49,039 bases of DNA from assembly GCA_016764785.1 (NCBI GenBank), contig JAESRG010000001.1:1-49039 (forward strand), written 5' to 3'. The position numbers and the translations under genes are program-made. The number at the start of each line of letters is the position of its first letter. The stretch's first letter is position 1. Positions 17,688 to 25,739 of the stretch are shown piece by piece. This DNA is from Paracoccaceae bacterium. GTDB taxonomy: Bacteria > Pseudomonadota > Alphaproteobacteria > Rhodobacterales > Rhodobacteraceae. Under the pieces are notes generated by a model. The model searched no databases and was not told the DNA's origin. It saw only the letters and a list, made by a program, of their open reading frames with translations.

Positions 17688-20525
17688 ATGACCAAACATC
17701 ACCAGCCAGCGTTGGATACTTCGCCAGCCGTCAGCGACGAAATTCGTCAGACCACTTGTTATATGTGCGCCTGTCGTTGTGGAATTGATGTTCATATGAA
17801 AGACGGCAAAGTCAAATATATTGAGGGAAATAAAGACCATCCGGTCAACAAAGGCGTGTTATGCGCCAAGGGTTCTGCCGGTATAATGCAGCATTACGCG
17901 CCCTCACGTTTGCGCAACCCGATGAAGCGGGTGGGTGAACGCGGCGAAGGCAAGTTTGAAGATATTTCATGGGATGAAGCGTTTGAGATCGCAGCGGGCT
18001 GGTTGAAACCCATTCGTGAAACCGCCCCTGAAAAGCTAGCGTTTTTCACGGGGCGGGACCAATCACAAAGCATGACCAGCTGGTGGGCGCAGGCGTTTGG
18101 CACTCCGAATTACGCGGCGCATGGTGGGTTTTGTTCGGTCAATATGGCGGCTGGCGGCATCTATACAATGGGCGGGGCGTTCTGGGAATTTGGCACACCA
18201 GACTGGGATCGCACCAAGCTGTTTATGATCTTTGGTGTGGCCGAGGATCACGATTCAAACCCCATTAAAATTGGTCTTGGTAAGCTGAAAGCACGCGGGG
18301 CCAAGGTGATTGGGGTCAACCCTGTGCGCTCGGGCTATAATGCCATTGCCGATGAATGGGTGGGCATTACGCCGGGAACAGATGGGTTGTTTATTCTGGC
18401 GATGGTGCATGAATTATTGCGTGCTGGTAAGGTCGATCTGGATTATCTGATCCGCTATACCAACCTGCCATTTTTGGTGAACACTGATGAGACCAGTGAC
18501 GAATCCGGCCTGATGATCCGCGACGCGGATGGCAAAGAAATGGTGTGGGATCGGGTGAACGGCAAAGCCGTGCCGTGGGATACCAAAGGCGTAAAACCGG
18601 CGCTGCACGGCCCGCAATCTGTTGATGGTGTGACCTGCAAACCCGCGTTTGAGATCATGGCCGATAAATACATGACCGATGAATACACCCCCGAGGCGGT
18701 CGCTGATCGTTGCGGTATTTCCGCTGATCGCATTCGCAAAATCGCCGCTGAACTGGCGCAGGTCGCATTTGAAGAAGAAATCATCCTCGACATCCCTTGG
18801 ACCGACTTTAAGGGCGAAAAGCACGACAAGATGATCGGCCGCCCTGTCAGTTTTCATGCGATGCGCGGAATCTCGGCGCACTCCAACGGTTTTCAGACCG
18901 CGCGCGCGTTGCATATGCTGCAAATTCTGCTGGGCTCGGTTGAGGTTCCCGGCGGCATGCGTTTCAAACCGCCATACCCAAAACCGGTTGAGGGCCACCC
19001 GAAACCGCATCACACTGTCACCCCCGGCAAGCCGTTGAACGGCCCGCATTTGGGGTATCCGCGTGGGCCAGAAGACTTGTGTATTGACGCAGACGGCAAG
19101 GCCAAACGCATTGATAAGGCCTTCACGTGGGAGAACCCGTTATCGGCGCATGGCATGATGCATATGGTGATTTCCAACGCCCATGCCGGTGATCCATACA
19201 AAATTGACACGTTGTTTATGTACATGGCGAACATGTCGTGGAATAGTTCAATGAACACCGGCGGTGTAATGGATATGCTGCGTGACAAGGATGCAAACGG
19301 CGAATATGTAATTCCGCATATCATTTATTCCGACGCTTATAGCTCTGAAATGGTGGCGTTCGCCGATCTTATTTTCCCCGATACGACCTATTTGGAGCGG
19401 CACGATTGCATCAGCATGTTGGACCGCCCGATTTCCGAGGCTGACGCAATGGCCGACAGTATTCGCTGGCCAGTGGTTGAGCCTGACCGTGATGTGCGCG
19501 GCTTTCAAACGGCGCTGATTCAGCTGGGCGTAAAACTTGGCTTGCCCGGAATGGTTGATGAAAATGGCGCGGCGATCTATGAAGATTACGCCGATTATAT
19601 CACCAACCACCAGCGCCGCCCGGGCATTGGACCATTGGCCGGTTTTCGGGGTGCTGATGGTAAAGGCAAGGGGCGCGGTGACCCTAACCCAACCCAAATT
19701 CAGGCCTATATTGATAACGGTGGCTTCTGGATCGACCATATCGACCCGGAAAACGCCTATTTCAAACCGTGGAATAAGGGTTATCAGGAATGGGCGGTCA
19801 AGCGCGGTATTTTCGATGTTGAAATGCCGTATGTGTTTACCGTCTATCAAGAAATCTTGCAGAAATTCCGTAACGCTGCCGATGGTAAAGGCGCGCTTCA
19901 GCCGCCCGACCATCTGCGCGCGCAGCTTTCAGCAACGATGGACCCTTTGCCAATTTGGTATGAACCATTTGAGCAAACTATAATAAATCAAGACGAATAT
20001 CCGATCCATGCCCTGACCCAGCGGCCAATGGCGATGTATCATTCGTGGGGGTCACAAAATGCGTGGTTGCGCCAGATCCACGGCACCAACCCATTGTTTG
20101 TATCGGGAGAGCTGTGGGAACAACATGGCTTTACTGACGGCGATTGGGCTGTCGTGACCTCGATCCACGGCGAAATTCAGGTACCGGCGGTGCGCATGGA
20201 CGCCCTGAACGGCAAAACCATCTGGACATGGAACGCGATTGGCAAACGTAAAGGCGCATGGGCACTGTCGGAAGACGCGCCCGAGGTCACCAAAGGTTTT
20301 TTGCTTAACCATCTCATTCACGAATTATTGCCACCAAAGGGTGACGGGTTGCGCTGGGCGAATTCTGATCCAATCACGGGGCAAGCGGCGTGGTTTGACC
20401 TGCGGGTTAAAATAAAACGTATACCAAAGCCCGATCACATCCAGACAAAACCTGATTTTGCCGCGCAGAATTCTCCGGTTGGGCAAGGCCCGAAAAACGT
20501 CTCCTACGGGAAGGAATGGACATGA
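17688..20525 (+). CDS. soeA: Molybdopterin (bis-MGD) oxidoreductase catalytic subunit without export signal; best fit is sulfite:quinone oxidoreductase SoeA
   Basis: 945-aa ORF with N-terminal FeS motif CYMCACRC...LCAKG (C-x2-C-x3-C-x27-C). There is no twin-arginine signal. It is followed by overlapping 4-cluster ferredoxin and membrane-anchor genes and sits next to dsr genes. Confidence 0.7.
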   Translation: MTKHHQPALDTSPAVSDEIRQTTCYMCACRCGIDVHMKDGKVKYIEGNKDHPVNKGVLCAKGSAGIMQHYAPSRLRNPMKRVGERGEGKFEDISWDEAFEIAAGWLKPIRETAPEKLAFFTGRDQSQSMTSWWAQAFGTPNYAAHGGFCSVNMAAGGIYTMGGAFWEFGTPDWDRTKLFMIFGVAEDHDSNPIKIGLGKLKARGAKVIGVNPVRSGYNAIADEWVGITPGTDGLFILAMVHELLRAGKVDLDYLIRYTNLPFLVNTDETSDESGLMIRDADGKEMVWDRVNGKAVPWDTKGVKPALHGPQSVDGVTCKPAFEIMADKYMTDEYTPEAVADRCGISADRIRKIAAELAQVAFEEEIILDIPWTDFKGEKHDKMIGRPVSFHAMRGISAHSNGFQTARALHMLQILLGSVEVPGGMRFKPPYPKPVEGHPKPHHTVTPGKPLNGPHLGYPRGPEDLCIDADGKAKRIDKAFTWENPLSAHGMMHMVISNAHAGDPYKIDTLFMYMANMSWNSSMNTGGVMDMLRDKDANGEYVIPHIIYSDAYSSEMVAFADLIFPDTTYLERHDCISMLDRPISEADAMADSIRWPVVEPDRDVRGFQTALIQLGVKLGLPGMVDENGAAIYEDYADYITNHQRRPGIGPLAGFRGADGKGKGRGDPNPTQIQAYIDNGGFWIDHIDPENAYFKPWNKGYQEWAVKRGIFDVEMPYVFTVYQEILQKFRNAADGKGALQPPDHLRAQLSATMDPLPIWYEPFEQTIINQDEYPIHALTQRPMAMYHSWGSQNAWLRQIHGTNPLFVSGELWEQHGFTDGDWAVVTSIHGEIQVPAVRMDALNGKTIWTWNAIGKRKGAWALSEDAPEVTKGFLLNHLIHELLPPKGDGLRWANSDPITGQAAWFDLRVKIKRIPKPDHIQTKPDFAAQNSPVGQGPKNVSYGKEWT

Positions 20526-21268
20526 CGCAGCTTCCCGCATCCACAAAGAAAAAACTGGGGTTGGTAATTGATCTAGACACCTGCGTGGGCTGTCATGCCT
20601 GCGTGATTTCCTGCAAGGAATGGAACACCACAAGTTACGGCGCGCCGCTTTCAGACGTTGACGCATATGGCGCTGACCCCGTGGGCACTTTCCTGAACCG
20701 TGTCCACACATTTGAGGCCAAACAAGAAGGCTGTTCAGCCCAAACTGTGCATTTTCCGAAATCCTGCCTGCATTGCGAAGACGCGCCCTGCGTCACCGTT
20801 TGCCCCACAGGCGCCAGCTATAAACGCGAGGAAGACGGCATTGTATTGGTGAATGAGGACCACTGCATCGGCTGTGGTCTGTGCGCGTGGGCCTGCCCAT
20901 ATGGGGCGCGTGAACTCGACAAAGTTGAAGGGGTTATGAAAAAATGCACCCTGTGCGTTGACCGGATTTATAACGAGAATATCCCCGAAGAAGACCGCAT
21001 TCCAAGTTGCGTAAAAACCTGCCCCGCAGGTGCGCGGCATTTTGGGGATTTCAACGACCCAAATTCAAATGTGTCAATTCTGAGCGCCGCACGTGGCGGC
21101 ATGGATTTGATGCCGGAACAGGGCACTAAACCGGTCAACAAATACCTACCGCCCCGCCCCAAGGCTGACATTGTCCCTGAACTGGATGTTCTGGGGCCAT
21201 TGCTTGCACAAAACGAAAAAACCGGCGGATTTTTGGGTTGGTTAGACCGCACATTGGAGAAATTGTAA
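20516..21268 (+). CDS. soeB: 4x[4Fe-4S] ferredoxin-type electron-transfer subunit (SoeB-like)
   Basis: 250-aa ORF with four Cys clusters (CVGCHACVISC, CLHCEDAPCVTVCP, CIGCGLCAWACP, CTLC...CVKTCP). Its start overlaps the soeA stop (ATG 20516 or 20522). Confidence 0.7.
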   Translation: MDMTQLPASTKKKLGLVIDLDTCVGCHACVISCKEWNTTSYGAPLSDVDAYGADPVGTFLNRVHTFEAKQEGCSAQTVHFPKSCLHCEDAPCVTVCPTGASYKREEDGIVLVNEDHCIGCGLCAWACPYGARELDKVEGVMKKCTLCVDRIYNENIPEEDRIPSCVKTCPAGARHFGDFNDPNSNVSILSAARGGMDLMPEQGTKPVNKYLPPRPKADIVPELDVLGPLLAQNEKTGGFLGWLDRTLEKL

Positions 21269-22143
21269 TGCATCCGGCACCCTCGGTAATTATCTTCACT
21301 GCCCTGTCGGGGCTTGGGTTTGGCTTGATGTTCTGGATGGGCCTCGGCCTGCCAGCAGTTGAGGGCACAACAGCCGCGATTTTTGCGGTTTTGGCAATGG
21401 GATTGGCCACGATTGGACTATTGTCCTCAATGTTTCACCTTGGCAATCCGCAACGGTTTTTGCGTGCGCTGACCCAATGGAAAACCTCGTGGTTATCGCG
21501 TGAGGGCATTTTGTCTATTGCGACGCTCGGGGTATTTTTTATCTATGCCTGCCTGTGGGCATTCTTGGATAATCGCGTTGTTTTACTGGGGTATTTGTCG
21601 TCAGTAATGGCGATGGGGACGGTGTTTTTTACCGCGATGATCTATGCGCAGATGAAAACCGTGCCGCGCTGGAATGCGATGAGCACACCGCTGTTATTCT
21701 TGCTCTATGCTGCTGGCGGTGGAGCGCTTTTGGCCGCTCAAATGACCGAAGCCATGCTGTTGCTGGCCGTGTTGGCTGTCGTGCAGGCAGGAGCGTGGAT
21801 CCAAGGGGACGGGGCCTTTGCAAAGTCTGGATCAACCATTGAAACAGCCACCGGATTGGGGGCGCTTGGCAAGGTGCGTTTGCTCGAAAAACCCCATTCC
21901 GGCACCAATTATTTGATGACCGAAATGATCCATGTGATCGGGCGGAAACATGTGACGAAATTACGGGTTATTTCGATCTCGCTTATGGCGGTTCTGCCGG
22001 TTGTTCTTATTTTGCTAACCGACGTCGGCCACATGGTTGGCGGGCTTTTAATCTTGCTGCATCTGGTCGGGTTATTTACAGCTCGCTGGCTGTTTTTTGC
22101 AGAAGCCGAGCATGTGGTCGGTTTGTATTACGACAAACGTTAA
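21268..22143 (+). CDS. soeC: Polytopic membrane anchor subunit (SoeC-like, DmsC/NrfD-type)
   Basis: Hydrophobic ORF. ATG at 21268 forms a TAATG overlap with the soeB stop (MHPAPSVIIFTALSGLGFG...). The track start at 21238 is a non-ATG start inside soeB. Confidence 0.65.
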   Translation: MHPAPSVIIFTALSGLGFGLMFWMGLGLPAVEGTTAAIFAVLAMGLATIGLLSSMFHLGNPQRFLRALTQWKTSWLSREGILSIATLGVFFIYACLWAFLDNRVVLLGYLSSVMAMGTVFFTAMIYAQMKTVPRWNAMSTPLLFLLYAAGGGALLAAQMTEAMLLLAVLAVVQAGAWIQGDGAFAKSGSTIETATGLGALGKVRLLEKPHSGTNYLMTEMIHVIGRKHVTKLRVISISLMAVLPVVLILLTDVGHMVGGLLILLHLVGLFTARWLFFAEAEHVVGLYYDKR

Positions 22144-22243
22144 CATCGATAAACCAGTTGCCTAAGGCCAGCTCAGACGGTATCGCTGGGTCAGCCATAA
22201 TGTGATATTCAGCCAATATAGCAATTTCCCCCATGAGGTTCCC

Positions 22244-22741
22244 ATGTCGCTTTCCCCCGCCATTTCAAAAGCTTTAAACGAACAAATTAACCACGAGATG
22301 AGCGCGTCTTATCATTATCTGGCCATGTCGAGCTACTTCGAAGCGCGCGACTTGAAGAAATTCGCGGCACTGTTTCGCGAGCAGTCGGCCGAGGAAACTC
22401 AGCATGCGATGAAAATATATGACTATGTTTTCACCCGCGGCGGCGAGGTGCGTCTAGGCAATATTGATGCTTTGGTGGTCAACTTTCAGACCGCTGAGGA
22501 AGTGATCCGAACCGCGCTGAAAATGGAACAGGGCGTGACCGCGCAGATTAACGCGATCCATGCGCTCGCCGTTAAGGAAATGGATGTTGCAACGCAGGTT
22601 CTGATGAACTGGTTTGTTGATGAACAGGTTGAGGAAGAAGACAAGTTCCAGACCCTGATCACCAAAGTCGCCGCCGCTGGCGAGGACGACTGGCGGTTGC
22701 TGATCTTGGAAGACGCGCTTGATTTGGGTGTTGCGGAATAA
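22244..22741 (+). CDS. ftn: Ferritin (non-haem, FtnA-like)
   Basis: MSLSPAISKALNEQINHEMSASYHY...EETQHAM...MEQ...WFVDEQVEEE aligns by eye with E. coli FtnA ferroxidase-centre residues. ATG at 22244 has GAGG upstream; the track start at 22202 is a GTG. Confidence 0.8.
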   Translation: MSLSPAISKALNEQINHEMSASYHYLAMSSYFEARDLKKFAALFREQSAEETQHAMKIYDYVFTRGGEVRLGNIDALVVNFQTAEEVIRTALKMEQGVTAQINAIHALAVKEMDVATQVLMNWFVDEQVEEEDKFQTLITKVAAAGEDDWRLLILEDALDLGVAE

Positions 22742-24181
22742 TTAGAGCGTATCTTGAGCGTGTAAGGTCATCTGGTGATGGGCTTTATCGCTTTCGGTAA
22801 ACCACTTAAGGTCATCGCGCAGGCTGACGACCGATCCGATGATAATCAGCGCTGGGCCTTTGATGCCCGAATCCAAAACCTTGTCATGGATATCGCCAAT
22901 GGTGCCTGTCACAACCTGCTGGTTGGAGCGGGTGCCATTATCGATCACCGCAGCAGGGGTTGCGGGGTTTAGCCCGTGTTTGACAAATTGTTCCGACAGG
23001 GTGCCAAGGCTGGACAGGCCCATATAAACCACGACGGTTTGAGAGGGGTTGATCAGTGTTGGCCAATCCAGATCCAGCACGCCGTCTTTGCCATGCGCGG
23101 TGATCAGCACGCAAGATTGCGCGTGGTCACGATGGGTCAACGGAATGCCCGCATACGACGCGCAGCCTGACGCCGCCGTAATGCCGGGGATCACCTGAAA
23201 CGGGATGTCATGCTTGGCCAATTCTTCAAGTTCCTCGCCGCCACGGCCAAAGATAAACGGGTCGCCGCCTTTTAGGCGCAACACCCGTTTGCCTTGTTTG
23301 GCAAGGCTGACCATCAGTTGGGTGATGTCTTCTTGCACCATCGTGTGTTGCTGGGGCATTTTTCCAACATTCACCCGTTCAGCGTCACGCCGCACGAGGG
23401 TCATGATTTCATCGCTGACCAGCCTGTCGTACAGCACGACATCGGCGCGTTGCATCAGGCGCAGGGCCTTGAATGTCAGCAGGTCGGGGTCGCCAGGGCC
23501 AGCACCGACCAGATAAACCTCGCCCATCTGCGGGGTGTCGGCGGCTGTGGCGGCGATGTTGAGGTCTTCCAGCAGGCGTTTGCCTGCGGCCTCGGCGTCT
23601 CCGGCCAGAAAGAAGTCACCGACTTGGCCCTCGATGGTGTTTTCCCAGAAATGACGGCGTTGATCAGTTGACGTCAACTTATCCATCACCGCGTCGCGAA
23701 ATCCGCCGACAAATTTGGTCAGACGACCGTAAGCGGCGGGCAGCATGACCTCAATTCTGGCGCGCAGAATACGGGCGATGATGGGCGCGTTACCCCCCGA
23801 TGAAACAGCAACAATTAGCGGAGATCGATCCACCACTGACGGGGTGATAAAATCGCAATATTTGGTTACATCGGCGATGTTAACCAACACGCCCGCCTGT
23901 TTAGCCATACGGTGCAGGGCTTCGTCACGGGCATCGTTTTCGGTCGCGCCATAGGCAACGATGCATCCGTCAAAGTCGGCTTGTTCAGGGGCGCGAGGAA
24001 AATATGTCAGGCTTGGATGGCTGAGGAGTTTGTCGAATTCCGGCGACAGGTTCGGGCAGAACACAAAGACATTGGCGCCAGCGGTCAACGCCCGCTCAGC
24101 CCGCCGCGCGGCGGGGGTGCCCCCCCCGTCGATGATGATTTTCTTGGCTTTAACGTCAAGGAATATCGGCAGATGATCCAT
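22742..24181 (-). CDS. cysG: Siroheme synthase (precorrin-2 dehydrogenase/ferrochelatase fused to uroporphyrinogen-III C-methyltransferase)
   Basis: 479-aa ORF. The N-terminus is MDHLPIFLDVKAKKIIIDGGG and the C-terminal SUMT domain carries VYLVGAGPGDPDLLTFKALRLMQRADVVLYDRLV. Its stop abuts the ferritin stop with 0 nt between them. Confidence 0.9.
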   Translation of the reverse strand: MDHLPIFLDVKAKKIIIDGGGTPAARRAERALTAGANVFVFCPNLSPEFDKLLSHPSLTYFPRAPEQADFDGCIVAYGATENDARDEALHRMAKQAGVLVNIADVTKYCDFITPSVVDRSPLIVAVSSGGNAPIIARILRARIEVMLPAAYGRLTKFVGGFRDAVMDKLTSTDQRRHFWENTIEGQVGDFFLAGDAEAAGKRLLEDLNIAATAADTPQMGEVYLVGAGPGDPDLLTFKALRLMQRADVVLYDRLVSDEIMTLVRRDAERVNVGKMPQQHTMVQEDITQLMVSLAKQGKRVLRLKGGDPFIFGRGGEELEELAKHDIPFQVIPGITAASGCASYAGIPLTHRDHAQSCVLITAHGKDGVLDLDWPTLINPSQTVVVYMGLSSLGTLSEQFVKHGLNPATPAAVIDNGTRSNQQVVTGTIGDIHDKVLDSGIKGPALIIIGSVVSLRDDLKWFTESDKAHHQMTLHAQDTL

Positions 24182-24384
24182 TATTGTTTTGCCGCCCAGT
24201 CGATCAGGCTTTGGCTGATGGCCGCTGCACTGTCGCGGTCAATGTCGATGGCGGTAATGCGATTACCCTCACGGAAAGTCAGGCGCAGCAGGTGCATGCC
24301 GCTTTCGAATTCATGGTTTTGAATCGACAGTTTGCGCATATACGGCAGCTCATAATCCTCAATCGGAGTCATTTTACCGGTCAT
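24181..24384 (-). CDS. Small hypothetical protein (67 aa, or 63 aa from the ATG at 24372), no cysteine, family unknown
   Basis: The ORF is coupled to cysG by a TAATG overlap at 24181 and overlaps, or directly follows, the upstream 66-aa ORF. Sequence: MTGKMTPIEDYELPYMRKLSIQNHEFESGMHLLRLTFREGNRITAIDIDRDSAAAISQSLIDWAAKQ. Confidence 0.55.
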   Translation of the reverse strand: MTGKMTPIEDYELPYMRKLSIQNHEFESGMHLLRLTFREGNRITAIDIDRDSAAAISQSLIDWAAKQ

Positions 24385-24574
24385 AACGCGTGCCCCTTGT
24401 GAACACAGCCTCTAGCCGCCATTCCCATTTTTTCGGGGTATCGCGATAGTCTGGTTTGACGTCAAATTCGATAAACATATGGCCGGATTCGCCTGCGTTG
24501 GCGACCAGCCGTTCGAGCTCCTCAAAGCTGGCGACATCGGGATTACCGATGATAAGATCTGATAGCTTGGCCAT
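24374..24574 (-). CDS. Small hypothetical protein (66 aa), no cysteine, family unknown
   Basis: ATG at 24574 is preceded by AGGGGG and lies 3 nt after the TauD-like stop. Sequence: MAKLSDLIIGNPDVASFEELERLVANAGESGHMFIEFDVKPDYRDTPKKWEWRLEAVFTRGTRYDR. Confidence 0.55.
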   Translation of the reverse strand: MAKLSDLIIGNPDVASFEELERLVANAGESGHMFIEFDVKPDYRDTPKKWEWRLEAVFTRGTRYDR

Positions 24575-24577
24575 TTT

Positions 24578-25501
24578 TTACCCCCTGATAAGTCTGTTAT
24601 GGAACCTGATGCGATACATCAAGCGTTGGCTTGCGCCGGTTTGCGCGCTGGGGTCGAACCCGGCGCGATTGTGGAGCGCGTTATTTGACAGCACCCCTTG
24701 CCCGGCTTTTAGCGTAATCTGGTGCATATGCCCGGTTTCGGTTTCAAGAATATGTTGCAGGGCTTTGGCCGCTGGCGCTGCTTGAGCTGACCACGTGATG
24801 CTGCGGGTGCGGGCTGTATAGCGCATGATCAAATTGCCATTTTCAACGGCAAAAACCGGGCCAATGCTGACCGGACGGATGGATCCATCGGATTCAGTAT
24901 TGGGCGGAATGCTCATGGCATCAGGCCGCATCAGGGCTGCGATAAAATCAGGGTTTAGGTCGCGCAACCGGATATATGCAATCTCAGGGTCGATGATCTG
25001 GTTCTGCCCACCTTGATCAGCGGGCCGCGCGCAATGCAGCACAAAACTGCGGATTTGGTCGTTGGCCGCGTTGTAATATCCATCAGTGTGCCAGTTCATG
25101 GCTTTGCGCGAATACGGAATGAATCCGCGCTGATTTTCCTGTTCAGACACCCGCAGCGCCACCACGCCGTGGTCGCCAGCCGAGCGGTGGGTCTCAGCGA
25201 TTTTCAGGTTAAAATGTTTGGTGAACCGGCGCAGAGCCTTGGCAATTTCAGCGTCATCCTTGGGTTGGTTCTGAACAGCATACAGCGCAAAATTAGTTTT
25301 GCTGCATTGCGTCAGAATCAAATTACGCTCGGTTGACGTCGGGTTGGCCAAATCGGCAATTTTAATGAAATCCAGCGATTTTGAGGCGGTTGCCGCGGCC
25401 AATTTTTGGCTTCTCCAGCTATTATACATAACAGAATTGTTTAATTGCCAGTAGCCTTCGGTAACACCAGAAAACGCATCATTATTGATATTATCGTTCA
25501 T
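24578..25501 (-). CDS. TauD/TfdA-family Fe(II)/2-oxoglutarate-dependent dioxygenase-like protein
   Basis: It has the HxD facial-triad motif in NWHTDGYY, then LHCARPADQGGQNQIID, and a distal His in SNNALHNRAGF. I prefer the ATG at 25501 (MNDNINN; GGAAAGG upstream); the track start at 25507 is a TTG. Confidence 0.65.
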   Translation of the reverse strand: MNDNINNDAFSGVTEGYWQLNNSVMYNSWRSQKLAAATASKSLDFIKIADLANPTSTERNLILTQCSKTNFALYAVQNQPKDDAEIAKALRRFTKHFNLKIAETHRSAGDHGVVALRVSEQENQRGFIPYSRKAMNWHTDGYYNAANDQIRSFVLHCARPADQGGQNQIIDPEIAYIRLRDLNPDFIAALMRPDAMSIPPNTESDGSIRPVSIGPVFAVENGNLIMRYTARTRSITWSAQAAPAAKALQHILETETGHMHQITLKAGQGVLSNNALHNRAGFDPSAQTGASQRLMYRIRFHNRLIRG

Positions 25502-25581
25502 TATCAATGGCCTTTCCGGGGCTGGATCGAAAATCTGGCAGGCGGTTTTGCAAGGCTCGGGCGGCTTTGCCGGAATTTTAC

Positions 25582-25610
25582 TTTACATTCCATTATTGTA
25601 ATATATAAAT
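25582..25610 (+). promoter_or_regulatory. Sigma70-like promoter candidate for the dsr operon
   Basis: TTTACA (25582-25587), a 17-nt spacer, then ATAAAT (25605-25610), in the AT-rich part of the 238-nt divergent region. Confidence 0.25.
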
Positions 25611-25702
25611 TTAACAGAGGAATATGCAATCGGTTTTACAGATTGTCTTATGGCTTAACCGGCCCGCACTGGGTTTGACCATAAAGCAAGCAGTCGGGAG
25701 AG

Positions 25703-25716
25703 TTATCAACCGATAA
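25703..25716. promoter_or_regulatory. Perfect dyad TTATC-N4-GATAA 24 nt upstream of the dsrA ATG
   Basis: ttatcaaccgataa. It resembles ttatccagtgatag upstream of soeA (17543-17556). Confidence 0.3.
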
Positions 25717-25739
25717 GCAAGCATAATAGGGAGAAGGCC

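Noticed and set aside
17688-22143. Alternative reading of the molybdoenzyme trio as polysulfide, thiosulfate or tetrathionate reductase (Psr/Phs/Ttr).
   Set aside because: The catalytic subunit has no twin-arginine signal, although DsrO in the same window shows a clear one. The size and three-gene architecture, and the adjacency to rDsr, fit SoeABC better. This remains unproven without phylogeny.
25536-25552. Sigma54-like element TGGCAG-gcggt-TTTGCA upstream of dsrA.
   Set aside because: The GG-to-GC spacing is 11 nt rather than the strictly required 10 nt, and no enhancer-binding-protein gene is nearby.
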